This document shows, one piece after another, positions 10,004 to 18,874 of a stretch of DNA of 32,000 nucleotides (the first letter of the stretch is position 1; each line of letters starts with the position of its first letter). Origin of the DNA: Methanothermobacter thermautotrophicus str. Delta H. GTDB taxonomy: Archaea > Methanobacteriota > Methanobacteria > Methanobacteriales > Methanothermobacteraceae. A program made the position numbers and the translations under genes. The notes beneath the pieces are model-generated. The model ran no database searches. It saw only the letters and a list, made by a program, of their open reading frames with translations, and was not told the DNA's origin. Where the stretch lies: assembly GCF_000008645.1 (NCBI RefSeq), contig NC_000916.1, forward strand, positions 1,560,001 through 1,592,000. The letters are read 5' to 3'.

Positions 10004-11380
10004 TTGCAGGTCACTGCCATGGATGTATACCGTTTACTTCCAAAAACAAACTGTGGTAAATGCAATGAGGCCTCATGCATGGCATTTGCCACAAAACTCA
10101 TAGAAAAGGAGGTCACCCTTGATGACTGCCCACAGCTCAGTGGAGATGAAAGACAGAAACTGGAGAACCTTCTGGCCCCTGCTGTGAAGGAAATAACCTT
10201 CGGGCCGGAGGAGAATCAGGTGGTTGTGGGTGGTGATGAGGTCCTCTACAGGTATGAACTCACATACTACAATCCAACAGCCCTTGTGGTTGATCTTCCA
10301 GATGATCTTCCATCAGAGGAGCTCCTGAACAGAGCCCAAAGGATCATGGAGCTGGAGTTTGAGCGTACCGGCGAAAAACTCACTCTCGATGCAATAGCCC
10401 TGAGGAACAGATCAGGGAGCCCTGAAAAATTTGCCGAGGCAGCAGAAGCCATAAGCAAACTCAACTTCCCTGTGGTCCTGTGCACCTTCGATGTAGAGGC
10501 CATGAAGGCGGCCCTTGAGGTCCTGGGTGATCAGAAACCGCTCCTCTACGCCGCCAGGGAGGACAACCTTGGTGAAATGGCGGAACTCTCAGTTTCATAC
10601 GGCTGCCCCCTCGTGCTTTTCTCACCCGGCGACCTTGAGGAGATGAAGAACCTCTCAAGGAGACTCAGGTCCCTGGGAGTCACTGAAATTGTGCTTGACC
10701 CCGGCACATTCACGGGTGAGGGGATAGGTGACACCATAGACAACTTCGTCATGATAAGGCGCCTTGCAGTTGAGGACGGGGATGATGACTTCCGCTTCCC
10801 AATCATGGGCATACCTGCACTCTCAAGGCTCACGGTATCCGATAAAATCGAGGCAAACATAAGGGAGGCCACAGTGGCAGCCACCCTCATGAACAGGTAC
10901 GCTGACATCCTCATACTCGCCGGAACCGAGATATGGGAGATCATGCCGGTCCTAACACTCAGACAGGGACTCTACACCGACCCGAGGAAGCCCCAGGCCG
11001 TTGATCCAGGTGTCTATGAATTCGGTGATGTTGATGAGAACTCCCCGGTTATACTCACAACCAACTTCTCACTCACCTACTACACGGTTGAGGGGGATCT
11101 CAAGTCAGGTGATGTTACAGCATACCTCCTCGTCCTTGATACAGAGGGCAGGGCCGTGGACGTTTCACTGGCAGGTGGACAGCTCAATGGTCCGGCAGTG
11201 GCTGACCTCATAAAGGAGACAGGTATAGAGGAGCGGGTCAGGGACAAGGTCATGATAATCCCTGGACTTGCAGCTCCTGCAAGCGGTGAGATAGAGGATG
11301 ATACTGGCTGGAGAGTCCTTGTTGGACCAAGGGACTCCTCTGGAATACCAGACTACCTTGATAAACTTGCATCAGAGTGA
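10004..11380 (+). CDS. cdhE: Acetyl-CoA decarbonylase/synthase complex subunit gamma (corrinoid iron-sulfur protein large subunit)
   Basis: N-terminal CGKCNEASCMAFATKLIEKEVTLDDCP 4Fe-4S motif; TTG start at 10004 preceded by AGGAGGT. Confidence 0.94.
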   Translation: MQVTAMDVYRLLPKTNCGKCNEASCMAFATKLIEKEVTLDDCPQLSGDERQKLENLLAPAVKEITFGPEENQVVVGGDEVLYRYELTYYNPTALVVDLPDDLPSEELLNRAQRIMELEFERTGEKLTLDAIALRNRSGSPEKFAEAAEAISKLNFPVVLCTFDVEAMKAALEVLGDQKPLLYAAREDNLGEMAELSVSYGCPLVLFSPGDLEEMKNLSRRLRSLGVTEIVLDPGTFTGEGIGDTIDNFVMIRRLAVEDGDDDFRFPIMGIPALSRLTVSDKIEANIREATVAATLMNRYADILILAGTEIWEIMPVLTLRQGLYTDPRKPQAVDPGVYEFGDVDENSPVILTTNFSLTYYTVEGDLKSGDVTAYLLVLDTEGRAVDVSLAGGQLNGPAVADLIKETGIEERVRDKVMIIPGLAAPASGEIEDDTGWRVLVGPRDSSGIPDYLDKLASE

Positions 11381-11391
11381 GGGGTGGTTCA

Positions 11392-11859
11392 GTGAAGATG
11401 CTGATGGTCATGGACCCTGCGAGGTGCAGTGGCTGCGATGACTGTATAAATGCGTGCAGGGAAACCCATGGAGTCGCCAGGGCAAGGAAGGGAGATAGGA
11501 TGCCCCTATTCTGTCTGCAGTGCCATCCAGAGAAGGCTCCCTGCGCAAGGATATGTCCGGTGGGTGCCATAAGGGAGGTTGACGGGGCCCTTGTTGTTGA
11601 TGAGGAGTCCTGCATACTCTGCAAGCTATGCATGGTGGCCTGCCCGGCTGGCATGATTGTGATGAACACTGAGAAGAAATCAGCAGAGAAATGCACACTC
11701 TGCATGGACGCAGAAGTCATACTGCCAGCCTGTGTGGAGGCATGCAAGGAGAACGTTCTTAAACTGGTCTCCCTGGATGACCTTGCTGAGCTGAGGGATC
11801 GCGCTGACTTCAGTGAGGTCCTTGAGGAGGCGGTGAAGATATACGGGAAAAAGATCTAG
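11392..11859 (+). CDS. 4Fe-4S polyferredoxin-like electron carrier at the end of the cdh operon
   Basis: Multiple CxxCxxCxxxC motifs (CSGCDDCINACRE, CILCKLCMVACP); GTG start at 11392 is most plausible (the ORF opens at 11377). Confidence 0.8.
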   Translation: MKMLMVMDPARCSGCDDCINACRETHGVARARKGDRMPLFCLQCHPEKAPCARICPVGAIREVDGALVVDEESCILCKLCMVACPAGMIVMNTEKKSAEKCTLCMDAEVILPACVEACKENVLKLVSLDDLAELRDRADFSEVLEEAVKIYGKKI

Positions 11860-13205
11860 CCATCCCCTCTCTCCCCGTAGCCTTGGATTTCAACGTGAAG
11901 GGTGTTTATGAACACCCTTATATATTTATATGATTCCTTCAGGTCCTCAATGGGGCCCCTGAAGTAGATGTAGTATATGTATCCTCCCTTTTTGAAGATG
12001 AAGGTCACTACCCTTTCATTTTTTGTATCTGCAGTTATCATGTATCCATGTTCACTGTCAACTGTTATATTGCTCCTTGCTATGTTAAGGAGACCCCTCA
12101 TATTCAGAACTTCAAGGATGATCTCTGAAAATTCATCGGCAGTTAAACCCTCAGCCCTCCGCCTTTTTATGGCTATTTTGAGATTGTCACTCCAGGCATC
12201 AATGAGCCTCTCACCGTCGCGGGTCTCAAAGATGTTCCAGAACCTGGGGTACCTGAAGCTGATTTCACCGTCATGGAATTCCTCTAGATCAGGTTCAACG
12301 TCGATGATGTCAATGGCTTCACGTGCCTTCCTCCTCACAAAGAGGTAGGGATCCCTGAGGGCCATGTGGAGATCCTCAAGGGCTGCAGGGTCACCTATGC
12401 GTCCGAGGGCCTCGGCAACCTTGCCACGGACATAACGATTTTCATCCCTTCTGCGACCCGCGAGCATCCCTTTAAGCCTGGGCACGGCCCTTCGGGATCC
12501 TATCTCACCCAGGGCCTCAACAACCATGGCACGTGTCTGCCATTGCGGGTCTGAAAGTTTCTCAAGGAGGGGGTCCACAGCATATTCACCCATATTAACG
12601 ACGGCCAGCAGTATATGGCGTCTGACCTCTGTATCGGGGTCATTGAGGTTATCCAGAAGGACTTCAAGGCACCTTTTATCCCCGAATCTTCTTATGACTT
12701 TCGCAGCGGTTTTACGGACCATCCATGAACTGTCGCCCAGGGCCCGGGATGCATATCTGAGGCCCAGTTCAGGGTCCAGTCCTGCAATGGACTCAATGGA
12801 GTTCCTCCTTATATCCTCTGATGGGTGGTCCACAAATTTTTCAATGGCCCTCAGGGACTCCTCTGATGGGAACTCTGAGAGTGACCTCATGGCACCTATT
12901 TTAACTTCATCATCAGGATCCTCAAGGGCCCTGAGGAGGGGTTTAACCGCCGAGGGGTTTCCTATTTTTCCGAGAGCTCTTGCTGCGGCCGCCCTCACAC
13001 CTGCAAGTATGGGGTAGTCCTTCTGCCATTCCTCATATCTGAGGGCGTCCATGAGGGCATCAGCAGATCTCTCATCTGCCATCCTCTCAAGGGCAACTGC
13101 GGCCTCCCTTCTAACGGTAAAATCATGGCTTTTGAGGGCATCTATGAGGCCGGAAACATCATTGGACATCAGAAGAGCATTGATCTTATCGGTGAATGCA
13201 ATCAC
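11856..13205 (-). CDS. HEAT/PBS-lyase-like repeat protein with a non-repeat C-terminal domain
   Basis: Repeated LLxxLxDPDxxVRxxAxxALxxIG units in the N-terminal ~300 aa; the C-terminus FRYPRFWNIFETRDG...VVTFIFKKGGYIYYIYFRGP is non-repetitive. Confidence 0.85.
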   Translation of the reverse strand: MIAFTDKINALLMSNDVSGLIDALKSHDFTVRREAAVALERMADERSADALMDALRYEEWQKDYPILAGVRAAAARALGKIGNPSAVKPLLRALEDPDDEVKIGAMRSLSEFPSEESLRAIEKFVDHPSEDIRRNSIESIAGLDPELGLRYASRALGDSSWMVRKTAAKVIRRFGDKRCLEVLLDNLNDPDTEVRRHILLAVVNMGEYAVDPLLEKLSDPQWQTRAMVVEALGEIGSRRAVPRLKGMLAGRRRDENRYVRGKVAEALGRIGDPAALEDLHMALRDPYLFVRRKAREAIDIIDVEPDLEEFHDGEISFRYPRFWNIFETRDGERLIDAWSDNLKIAIKRRRAEGLTADEFSEIILEVLNMRGLLNIARSNITVDSEHGYMITADTKNERVVTFIFKKGGYIYYIYFRGPIEDLKESYKYIRVFINTLHVEIQGYGERGDG

Positions 13206-13264
13206 AATCCCCCCTAAATCTCTAATTTATAATTTAATCTGGAAAAAATAAGTTTTGTGGTTTT

Positions 13265-13954
13265 TCAGGGATCAGCGATTTCAGAGGCAAGCTTCATGGC
13301 TTTATCTTCTCCGTATATAATCTTCATATTCCAGAGGAATGTGAGGAATGATTTAAGGGGGGTGGGGTCCTTTCCAATCCCTCTTTTCTCGATGTAGCCA
13401 ACTGTTTTCTCCAGGGATGTTTTATCCCCCGCCACACTGTAAATCAGTGCGGCATCAGAATAATGTGCCAGACAGTATACATTTTCGTCTCCATCCCCCT
13501 GAAATGATCCATCAGGGCGCTGATGAGCATTTAACCATTCAGAACCCCTTTTTATTGAATCGAGAACTCTGGTGTCATTTGTGGAGAGGTAGTAAAGTGC
13601 AAGTCCCTTTAGTATGCCAATATTCTCGTAGGCTCTGGAACTCCATGAGCCATCAGCCCCCTGTTCTTCGATGACGGAATATAAGATTCCAGTTTTGTTG
13701 GAGGGATACATGCCAGCCACCTGGGACTTCGTTTTGATCTTAAGATATTCACTTCCAAAAGGGACTTGAGATTTTCTGAGGGACTCTATATTTATTTCAT
13801 CCCCATTTATCTGGGAATCCACAAAACTCAAACCCCTATCAACAATTTCCTGGCTTTCAGATGACCTTATCGCCATGAGCGGATAGACGGTCTGCATGGT
13901 GGTTAGGGTGTACTCTGCAGGCGGCATACCCCCAGGGAATGAACCATTATCCAT
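13265..13954 (-). CDS. Terpenoid cyclase/prenyltransferase alpha-alpha toroid-like protein (5' end uncertain)
   Basis: Motifs such as RGSEWLNAHQRPDGSFQGDG, GADGSWSSRAYENIGILKGLALYYL. The frame stays open and protein-like upstream of ATG 13954 back to TGA 14039-14041. Confidence 0.6.
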   Translation of the reverse strand: MDNGSFPGGMPPAEYTLTTMQTVYPLMAIRSSESQEIVDRGLSFVDSQINGDEINIESLRKSQVPFGSEYLKIKTKSQVAGMYPSNKTGILYSVIEEQGADGSWSSRAYENIGILKGLALYYLSTNDTRVLDSIKRGSEWLNAHQRPDGSFQGDGDENVYCLAHYSDAALIYSVAGDKTSLEKTVGYIEKRGIGKDPTPLKSFLTFLWNMKIIYGEDKAMKLASEIADP

Positions 13955-13974
13955 CTGCTTGTACCTGAGCCATT

Positions 13975-15648
13975 TTATAAGGTACTCACCCCTTGATGTG
14001 AGGGCTCCGTTCCCTGTGAATACCCATTCCAGAATTTCTCAATGAACTCCACAACCTTCCCATCTTCGCCATTCACAGTTATGCTTGAGTAATTTGACTG
14101 GATTCCGGGATTCTTAATGTACCTGTAAACCGACACGTCTCCCGATACAAAACATGTCTTGAAGTGAGGATCCACAGGCAGCTGCAGGCCGATACCTTTC
14201 ATGTGCATTGATTTTGAGATGTATATGTAACTTATGTTGTTTCTTTCCAGAAGGTAACTGGTTTCTGATGGTATCGATGACTGGAAGATGGCCGATACCT
14301 CATCGCGGGTCATGGTATTCTCCTTAAGGGATGGGGCGCTTCCCATGAAACCTTCATACACTGTTTTCCAGAGCAGAACATCTCTCCGGTGGGTGTTACC
14401 AATGAGTGAGTAGGAATCCTCTATCGCTGATAGAAAAACAGCGTCCTGGGGTGTGTTATCATTTATCCATCTGAAGGCAGCGTTCTGCTGAGGGCTGGGT
14501 GTGGTTACTCCGGTATATGCAATGGCAGCCCCCTGGGCCAGAGGCATCAGCACTAGAAGTGCAAAAATACCAGTCCGTAGGAAGGGTTTGACGTCCCTTT
14601 TCATGATAGAGTAACTCTTAAAGCGTTTTGAGGCGTACAGCCTTCCCTTCACCTCACTGAAAGCATAACCTCCCATAAGAGAGAGGGGTATGGCTGCATA
14701 GGGATCCCTAAATCTGAAGGAGTAGGTCCCTATAATCATGAAGGCAGTGGCCCATATTATGAGGAACCTGTGGATTGGATTCTTTGATCTTAGGAGCAGG
14801 GAGGCCCCGTAAATCCCGAGTATTAGCTGCAACACACCCATCCACTTGGGAAAGCCAAGTATTGTTACTGGAACTGACTGAAACCTTGCAGCAAATGTTA
14901 TAAACTCAATGATGCCCGCACCGATTAAGAGGAATATCAGGCCAAATTCTAGGGGTCTTTTCCTGAATGATGGTGTGAGGAACGTAACAGCGAGAAGTAG
15001 CAGGGCGATTAAAAGGAAAACCCACCCCCTGTGGGTGAAGAGATAGATGACGAAAAGAGCCAGACCTCCGAGTATGTAACGCAGATCACCCCTGAAGAGA
15101 TTGCTAAATGCTTTGAGCTCAAATTTATCTATGTCAGGGTAACCGGGTGTTGTTTTAAGGTACTTCACAAGCATGTAAAGGATTCCTGAGGTGAGCAACA
15201 GACCCATGGATTCCGGTATAAAGACTGATGTCCTTGCAACAAAGGAGGGTACCATTGAAAAGAGGAATGCGGAAAGTAGGGCTACCTCTTCCCTTTCAAA
15301 TGTTTCACGGGCAACTTTGTAGATAACAAGAACGGTTGCTGTTCCAAGGAGGGGGCTTATGAAGAAGAAGACCAGTTCTGAGCGGAATAAAAGGTAAAGA
15401 CCATAGCCCATCACATGGAAGAGGGGAGGGTATGCATATGCCTTTAAACCCATAAGGGATGGTATGTCATGCCCTATAATCCCAAGCCCTTCCCTGGCGA
15501 TTCTCATGACAATATCATGGTGGATGTATGCGTCGTTCCCTGCAAGTGTAAAGTTCCGGCTCGGTATTAATCTTACGATAAACGTCATGATGGCTATCAC
15601 TGTTAGATAGGCTCTTCTCCTATGGATTTTAGCTATCAAAGAAACCAA
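13975..15648 (-). CDS. Multi-pass membrane protein, GT-C/STT3 oligosaccharyltransferase-like fold
   Basis: About 10 TM segments plus GNDAYIHHDIVMRIAREG and a short extracytoplasmic C-terminal region (WINDNTPQDAVFLSA). Family placement is by pattern only. Confidence 0.55.
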   Translation of the reverse strand: MVSLIAKIHRRRAYLTVIAIMTFIVRLIPSRNFTLAGNDAYIHHDIVMRIAREGLGIIGHDIPSLMGLKAYAYPPLFHVMGYGLYLLFRSELVFFFISPLLGTATVLVIYKVARETFEREEVALLSAFLFSMVPSFVARTSVFIPESMGLLLTSGILYMLVKYLKTTPGYPDIDKFELKAFSNLFRGDLRYILGGLALFVIYLFTHRGWVFLLIALLLLAVTFLTPSFRKRPLEFGLIFLLIGAGIIEFITFAARFQSVPVTILGFPKWMGVLQLILGIYGASLLLRSKNPIHRFLIIWATAFMIIGTYSFRFRDPYAAIPLSLMGGYAFSEVKGRLYASKRFKSYSIMKRDVKPFLRTGIFALLVLMPLAQGAAIAYTGVTTPSPQQNAAFRWINDNTPQDAVFLSAIEDSYSLIGNTHRRDVLLWKTVYEGFMGSAPSLKENTMTRDEVSAIFQSSIPSETSYLLERNNISYIYISKSMHMKGIGLQLPVDPHFKTCFVSGDVSVYRYIKNPGIQSNYSSITVNGEDGKVVEFIEKFWNGYSQGTEPSHQGVSTL

Positions 15649-15693
15649 CTCACTTTAAATCATTCATTGTTAATCAGTTTCCTTCTTCATGAT

Positions 15694-16851
15694 CTAAAGA
15701 ATATCTCTGAGTATCCTTAACATTGAAGGATAGTCCTTTAAAATCCTCAGAAGGGATATCTTTGAAATTGAACTTAAATCTTTTCCCTCAAGGGATCTCA
15801 GCAGGGCATCGAGTTCCTCATCACCGAGCCCATCAAGGATTTTCCTGAATTTGAGTGACCTTTCAAGGTTCTTACCAATCTTTTTGCGCCATCTCATCTC
15901 ATACCTTGAGAGGAATCTGCCGTCAACCCTTCCAGATTCAATGGCCTCGGCGGCAACCTCACCGGCGATTTTTGCGCATTCAGCTGCAAGGTGTATCCCA
16001 CCACCGGTGAGGGGGTCAACCTGTCCGGCGGCATCCCCCACAACCAGGAGACCATCTGTGAAGGTCCTCTCAATGGGTCCGCAAACAGGTACAGCTCCTG
16101 CATTGAATTCTATCCTCTTAAATCCTCTCTCCTCCATGAACCTGTTGAGATAGCTGAGGGGACCCCTCTCTGAGCAGCTTTTTCTTCGTATTCCAAGGCC
16201 CACATTTGCCCTTCCTTCACCCTTGGGGAACACCCAGAGATAACCTGATGGTGCAAAACGGCTCCCGAAGTAGAATTCCATGGTTTCAGGGTCCACGTCC
16301 ACACCTGCAACCTCGTACTGGACACAGGAGCAGAGGTCAGCTGGCCTGAAACCTGTTTCAAGACCTGCCTTCCTGGCGATGCTGGACTGCACACCGTCTG
16401 CGGCAATCACCATTCCACATTCAACCTCCTGGACTCCATCGGGCCCCCTGAACACCACACCACTGACTGATCCCTCCCTGAATATTAGGTCCCCTGCGAT
16501 GGACATTGTGAGTACATCGGCGCCGGCTTCAGCGGCCCTCAGTGCAAGGTACTTGTCTAAGGACTTTCTTTCGAGGATATATCCCCTCACAACAGGATTT
16601 TCTGTCACAATCCTGGCACCGAGGGGTCCGTTCACCGCGGCTGCCCGGATCCTTGTGCATGTGAACTCAGGAAGCGGTTTTAAACCTGTTGATTTGAAGA
16701 AACTGTCACTCACTCCGCCTGCACACTGCACAGGGGTCCCGATTTCAGGGTTACGCTCCAGTAACAGAACACTGAGGCCCAGCCTTGCAGCGTGATAGGC
16801 CGCTGTTGAACCGGCTACACGTCCACCAATAACCACCACATCATATTTCAT
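15694..16851 (-). CDS. Geranylgeranyl reductase family FAD-dependent oxidoreductase
   Basis: VVVIGGRVAGSTAAYHAARLG dinucleotide-binding motif, LLLERNPEIGTPVQCAGG, VVGDAAGQVDPLTGGGIHLA. Confidence 0.88.
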   Translation of the reverse strand: MKYDVVVIGGRVAGSTAAYHAARLGLSVLLLERNPEIGTPVQCAGGVSDSFFKSTGLKPLPEFTCTRIRAAAVNGPLGARIVTENPVVRGYILERKSLDKYLALRAAEAGADVLTMSIAGDLIFREGSVSGVVFRGPDGVQEVECGMVIAADGVQSSIARKAGLETGFRPADLCSCVQYEVAGVDVDPETMEFYFGSRFAPSGYLWVFPKGEGRANVGLGIRRKSCSERGPLSYLNRFMEERGFKRIEFNAGAVPVCGPIERTFTDGLLVVGDAAGQVDPLTGGGIHLAAECAKIAGEVAAEAIESGRVDGRFLSRYEMRWRKKIGKNLERSLKFRKILDGLGDEELDALLRSLEGKDLSSISKISLLRILKDYPSMLRILRDIL

Positions 16852-17011
16852 GATAGCACCTTATTGCATCCACTGGACAGACCGCAGCACAGTCACCACA
16901 TTCACTGCAGCCTTCACCCACCATCAGTTCATATTCGAGTTCAAGGACGTCAAATGGACAGACACTAACACAGGCACCGCACCGCATACAGATTGATTTA
17001 TCATGCTTCAA
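16841..17011 (-). CDS. 2[4Fe-4S] ferredoxin
   Basis: CMRCGACVSVCPFDVLELE...CSECGDCAAVCPVDAI; likely TTG start at 17011 (ORF opens at 17065); overlaps the start of the reductase gene. Confidence 0.85.
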   Translation of the reverse strand: MKHDKSICMRCGACVSVCPFDVLELEYELMVGEGCSECGDCAAVCPVDAIRCYHEI

Positions 17012-17112
17012 TTGACCACCACTATGGATATGGTCATCAGATTGAATTAAGTTTACCAGCCACACGCGACCGTTAAATTAATATACCACTTTCTACTACT
17101 AATCAATTACCA

Positions 17113-17198
<86 letters not shown>

Positions 17199-17231
17199 AA
17201 GAATTTTAACGGTTCTGATCATGTTATGATT

Positions 17232-17304
17232 GCCTTAGTGGCTCAGGTGGTAGAGCGATGCCTTGGTAAGGCATAGGTCGGGGGTTCGAATCCCCCCTAA
17301 GGCT
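17232..17304 (+). tRNA. tRNA-Thr (anticodon GGU)
   Basis: Acceptor GCCTTAG/CTAAGGC; anticodon stem ATGCC-TTGGTAA-GGCAT; T arm GGGGGTTCGAATCCCCC. Confidence 0.96.
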
Positions 17305-17329
17305 TTTCTACTGATTTTAAGGTGTTCTA

Positions 17330-18118
17330 ATGGAGAAAAAAATTGCCCAGATTTCAGATGTGCACTTCGGTGAGAAGAACTTCTCGGATCAGCTCAGGAA
17401 AAATCTTCTACACCAGCTTGAAAATGAGAACCCTGACCTCATAATAGTCTCAGGTGACCTCACAACAGAGGGATACTCACACGAGTATGAACTTGCAGCA
17501 GCATTTGTGGATGAACTTAGGACCATCACATCCACCTACACAATCCCCGGCAACCATGATGCAAGGAATGTGGGTCTTATCCACTTTGAGAAGTTAATAG
17601 GAAGGAGGAAGTTTGTCCACCACGACTCTGAATTCGCGGTTATAGGCCTTGACTCCTCTGAGCCAGATATAAACGACGGTCAGATAGGAATGGATCAACT
17701 TGACTGGCTCAGGAAGGAACTTGAACGTGTTCCTGATCACCTGTGCAAGATAGTCACATTTCACCACCACCTGCTACCCATACCCAACACAGGGCGTGAG
17801 AGGAACATCCTCCTGGACTCAGGTGACCTTCTTAAACTCCTGAAGGAATACGGTGTGGATTTTGTGCTCAACGGACACAAGCATGTGCCTAATGTGTGGA
17901 TGATTGAGGGAATGGTTACACTTAACTCTGGCACAGCCACAACAAGGAAACTGAGGGGTGAGACATTCCCTTCACACAACCAGCTAAGAATAAACGATGA
18001 CAGGATTTCAGTTGACCTCATAAACACTGAGAACGGCTCAGTGAGGGAAATAGCCAGTTACTCTGTCCGGGTTGAGGATGAGGAATACAAGATATGCTCC
18101 TATATGCACTCCATATGA
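17330..18118 (+). CDS. Calcineurin-like metallophosphoesterase
   Basis: QISDVHFGE, VSGDLTTEG, IPGNHDARN, HHHLLPIP, LNGHKHVPN metallophosphoesterase motifs. Confidence 0.93.
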   Translation: MEKKIAQISDVHFGEKNFSDQLRKNLLHQLENENPDLIIVSGDLTTEGYSHEYELAAAFVDELRTITSTYTIPGNHDARNVGLIHFEKLIGRRKFVHHDSEFAVIGLDSSEPDINDGQIGMDQLDWLRKELERVPDHLCKIVTFHHHLLPIPNTGRERNILLDSGDLLKLLKEYGVDFVLNGHKHVPNVWMIEGMVTLNSGTATTRKLRGETFPSHNQLRINDDRISVDLINTENGSVREIASYSVRVEDEEYKICSYMHSI

Positions 18119-18259
18119 ATACCCGGGGGCTTCATCATCAATAAATTCATTTTTGATGCAAAGCTTGATATACCAGCAGAACCTAACTGTTCTCTAATAG
18201 AGAAAATAAATATGCATAATATGATCTAAAATGCAGATGTCAGAAGAAATGGCTGAGGG

Positions 18260-18874
18260 GTGGTTGCATTGACCAAGGCCTTTGATATACTCATGGCGGG
18301 TGTGATCTCAGGGATAGTTGCATTCACAACCTCAAAGCTGGGAGTTGGTGGAACCGTCATGGGTGCCGTTCTGGGTTCAATGCTGTATCAGCTGCTTTCC
18401 CACTACTTCAGGGAGCCCCTCAAGAATGTTAAAACAGAGAGGGTTGAGAGCAGGGCGGTCTTTGCGATACCACTCATCATTATCGTCATAATCGAGTTCA
18501 TCTACCTTCTTGGAAATTTCCAGTGGAGGCCACAGCAGATATTCTACTTACTTGAGGAGGCCACATCCTGGAACCTCTTCAGGTCAATAGGCGTGGGTCT
18601 CATGGTGATGGGTATATACCCCCTGTTGCAGCCAGAGACCATAAAGAAATCCTATGGTTATGTGCTCCTCCTAATGGGCTTCATCGTCCTGCTAAGGGGC
18701 CTTGTGGATGTGAACTCGCCCCTGGTAACTGTTTACAGGGCTATTTTCTATGAATTCGACGTTCTGATAACCGTTACGGTTATTCTTAGCCTTATCTACA
18801 TGATCATCTCCATATTCAGGGAATCCGTTGTTATAGTAATTGAAGATGAGGTGTCTGAGGAGAATGAAAAATAA
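18260..18874 (+). CDS. Conserved membrane protein, unknown function
   Basis: About 5 TM segments; 3' end overlaps the start of the HTH-PhoU gene. Start may be GTG 18260 or TTG 18269. Confidence 0.7.
   Translation: MVALTKAFDILMAGVISGIVAFTTSKLGVGGTVMGAVLGSMLYQLLSHYFREPLKNVKTERVESRAVFAIPLIIIVIIEFIYLLGNFQWRPQQIFYLLEEATSWNLFRSIGVGLMVMGIYPLLQPETIKKSYGYVLLLMGFIVLLRGLVDVNSPLVTVYRAIFYEFDVLITVTVILSLIYMIISIFRESVVIVIEDEVSEENEK

Noticed and set aside
11250-11747. Minus-strand ORF of 165 aa opposite the cdh-linked ferredoxin
   Set aside because: Opposite a Cys-cluster protein with clear motifs; composition is that of a shadow ORF.
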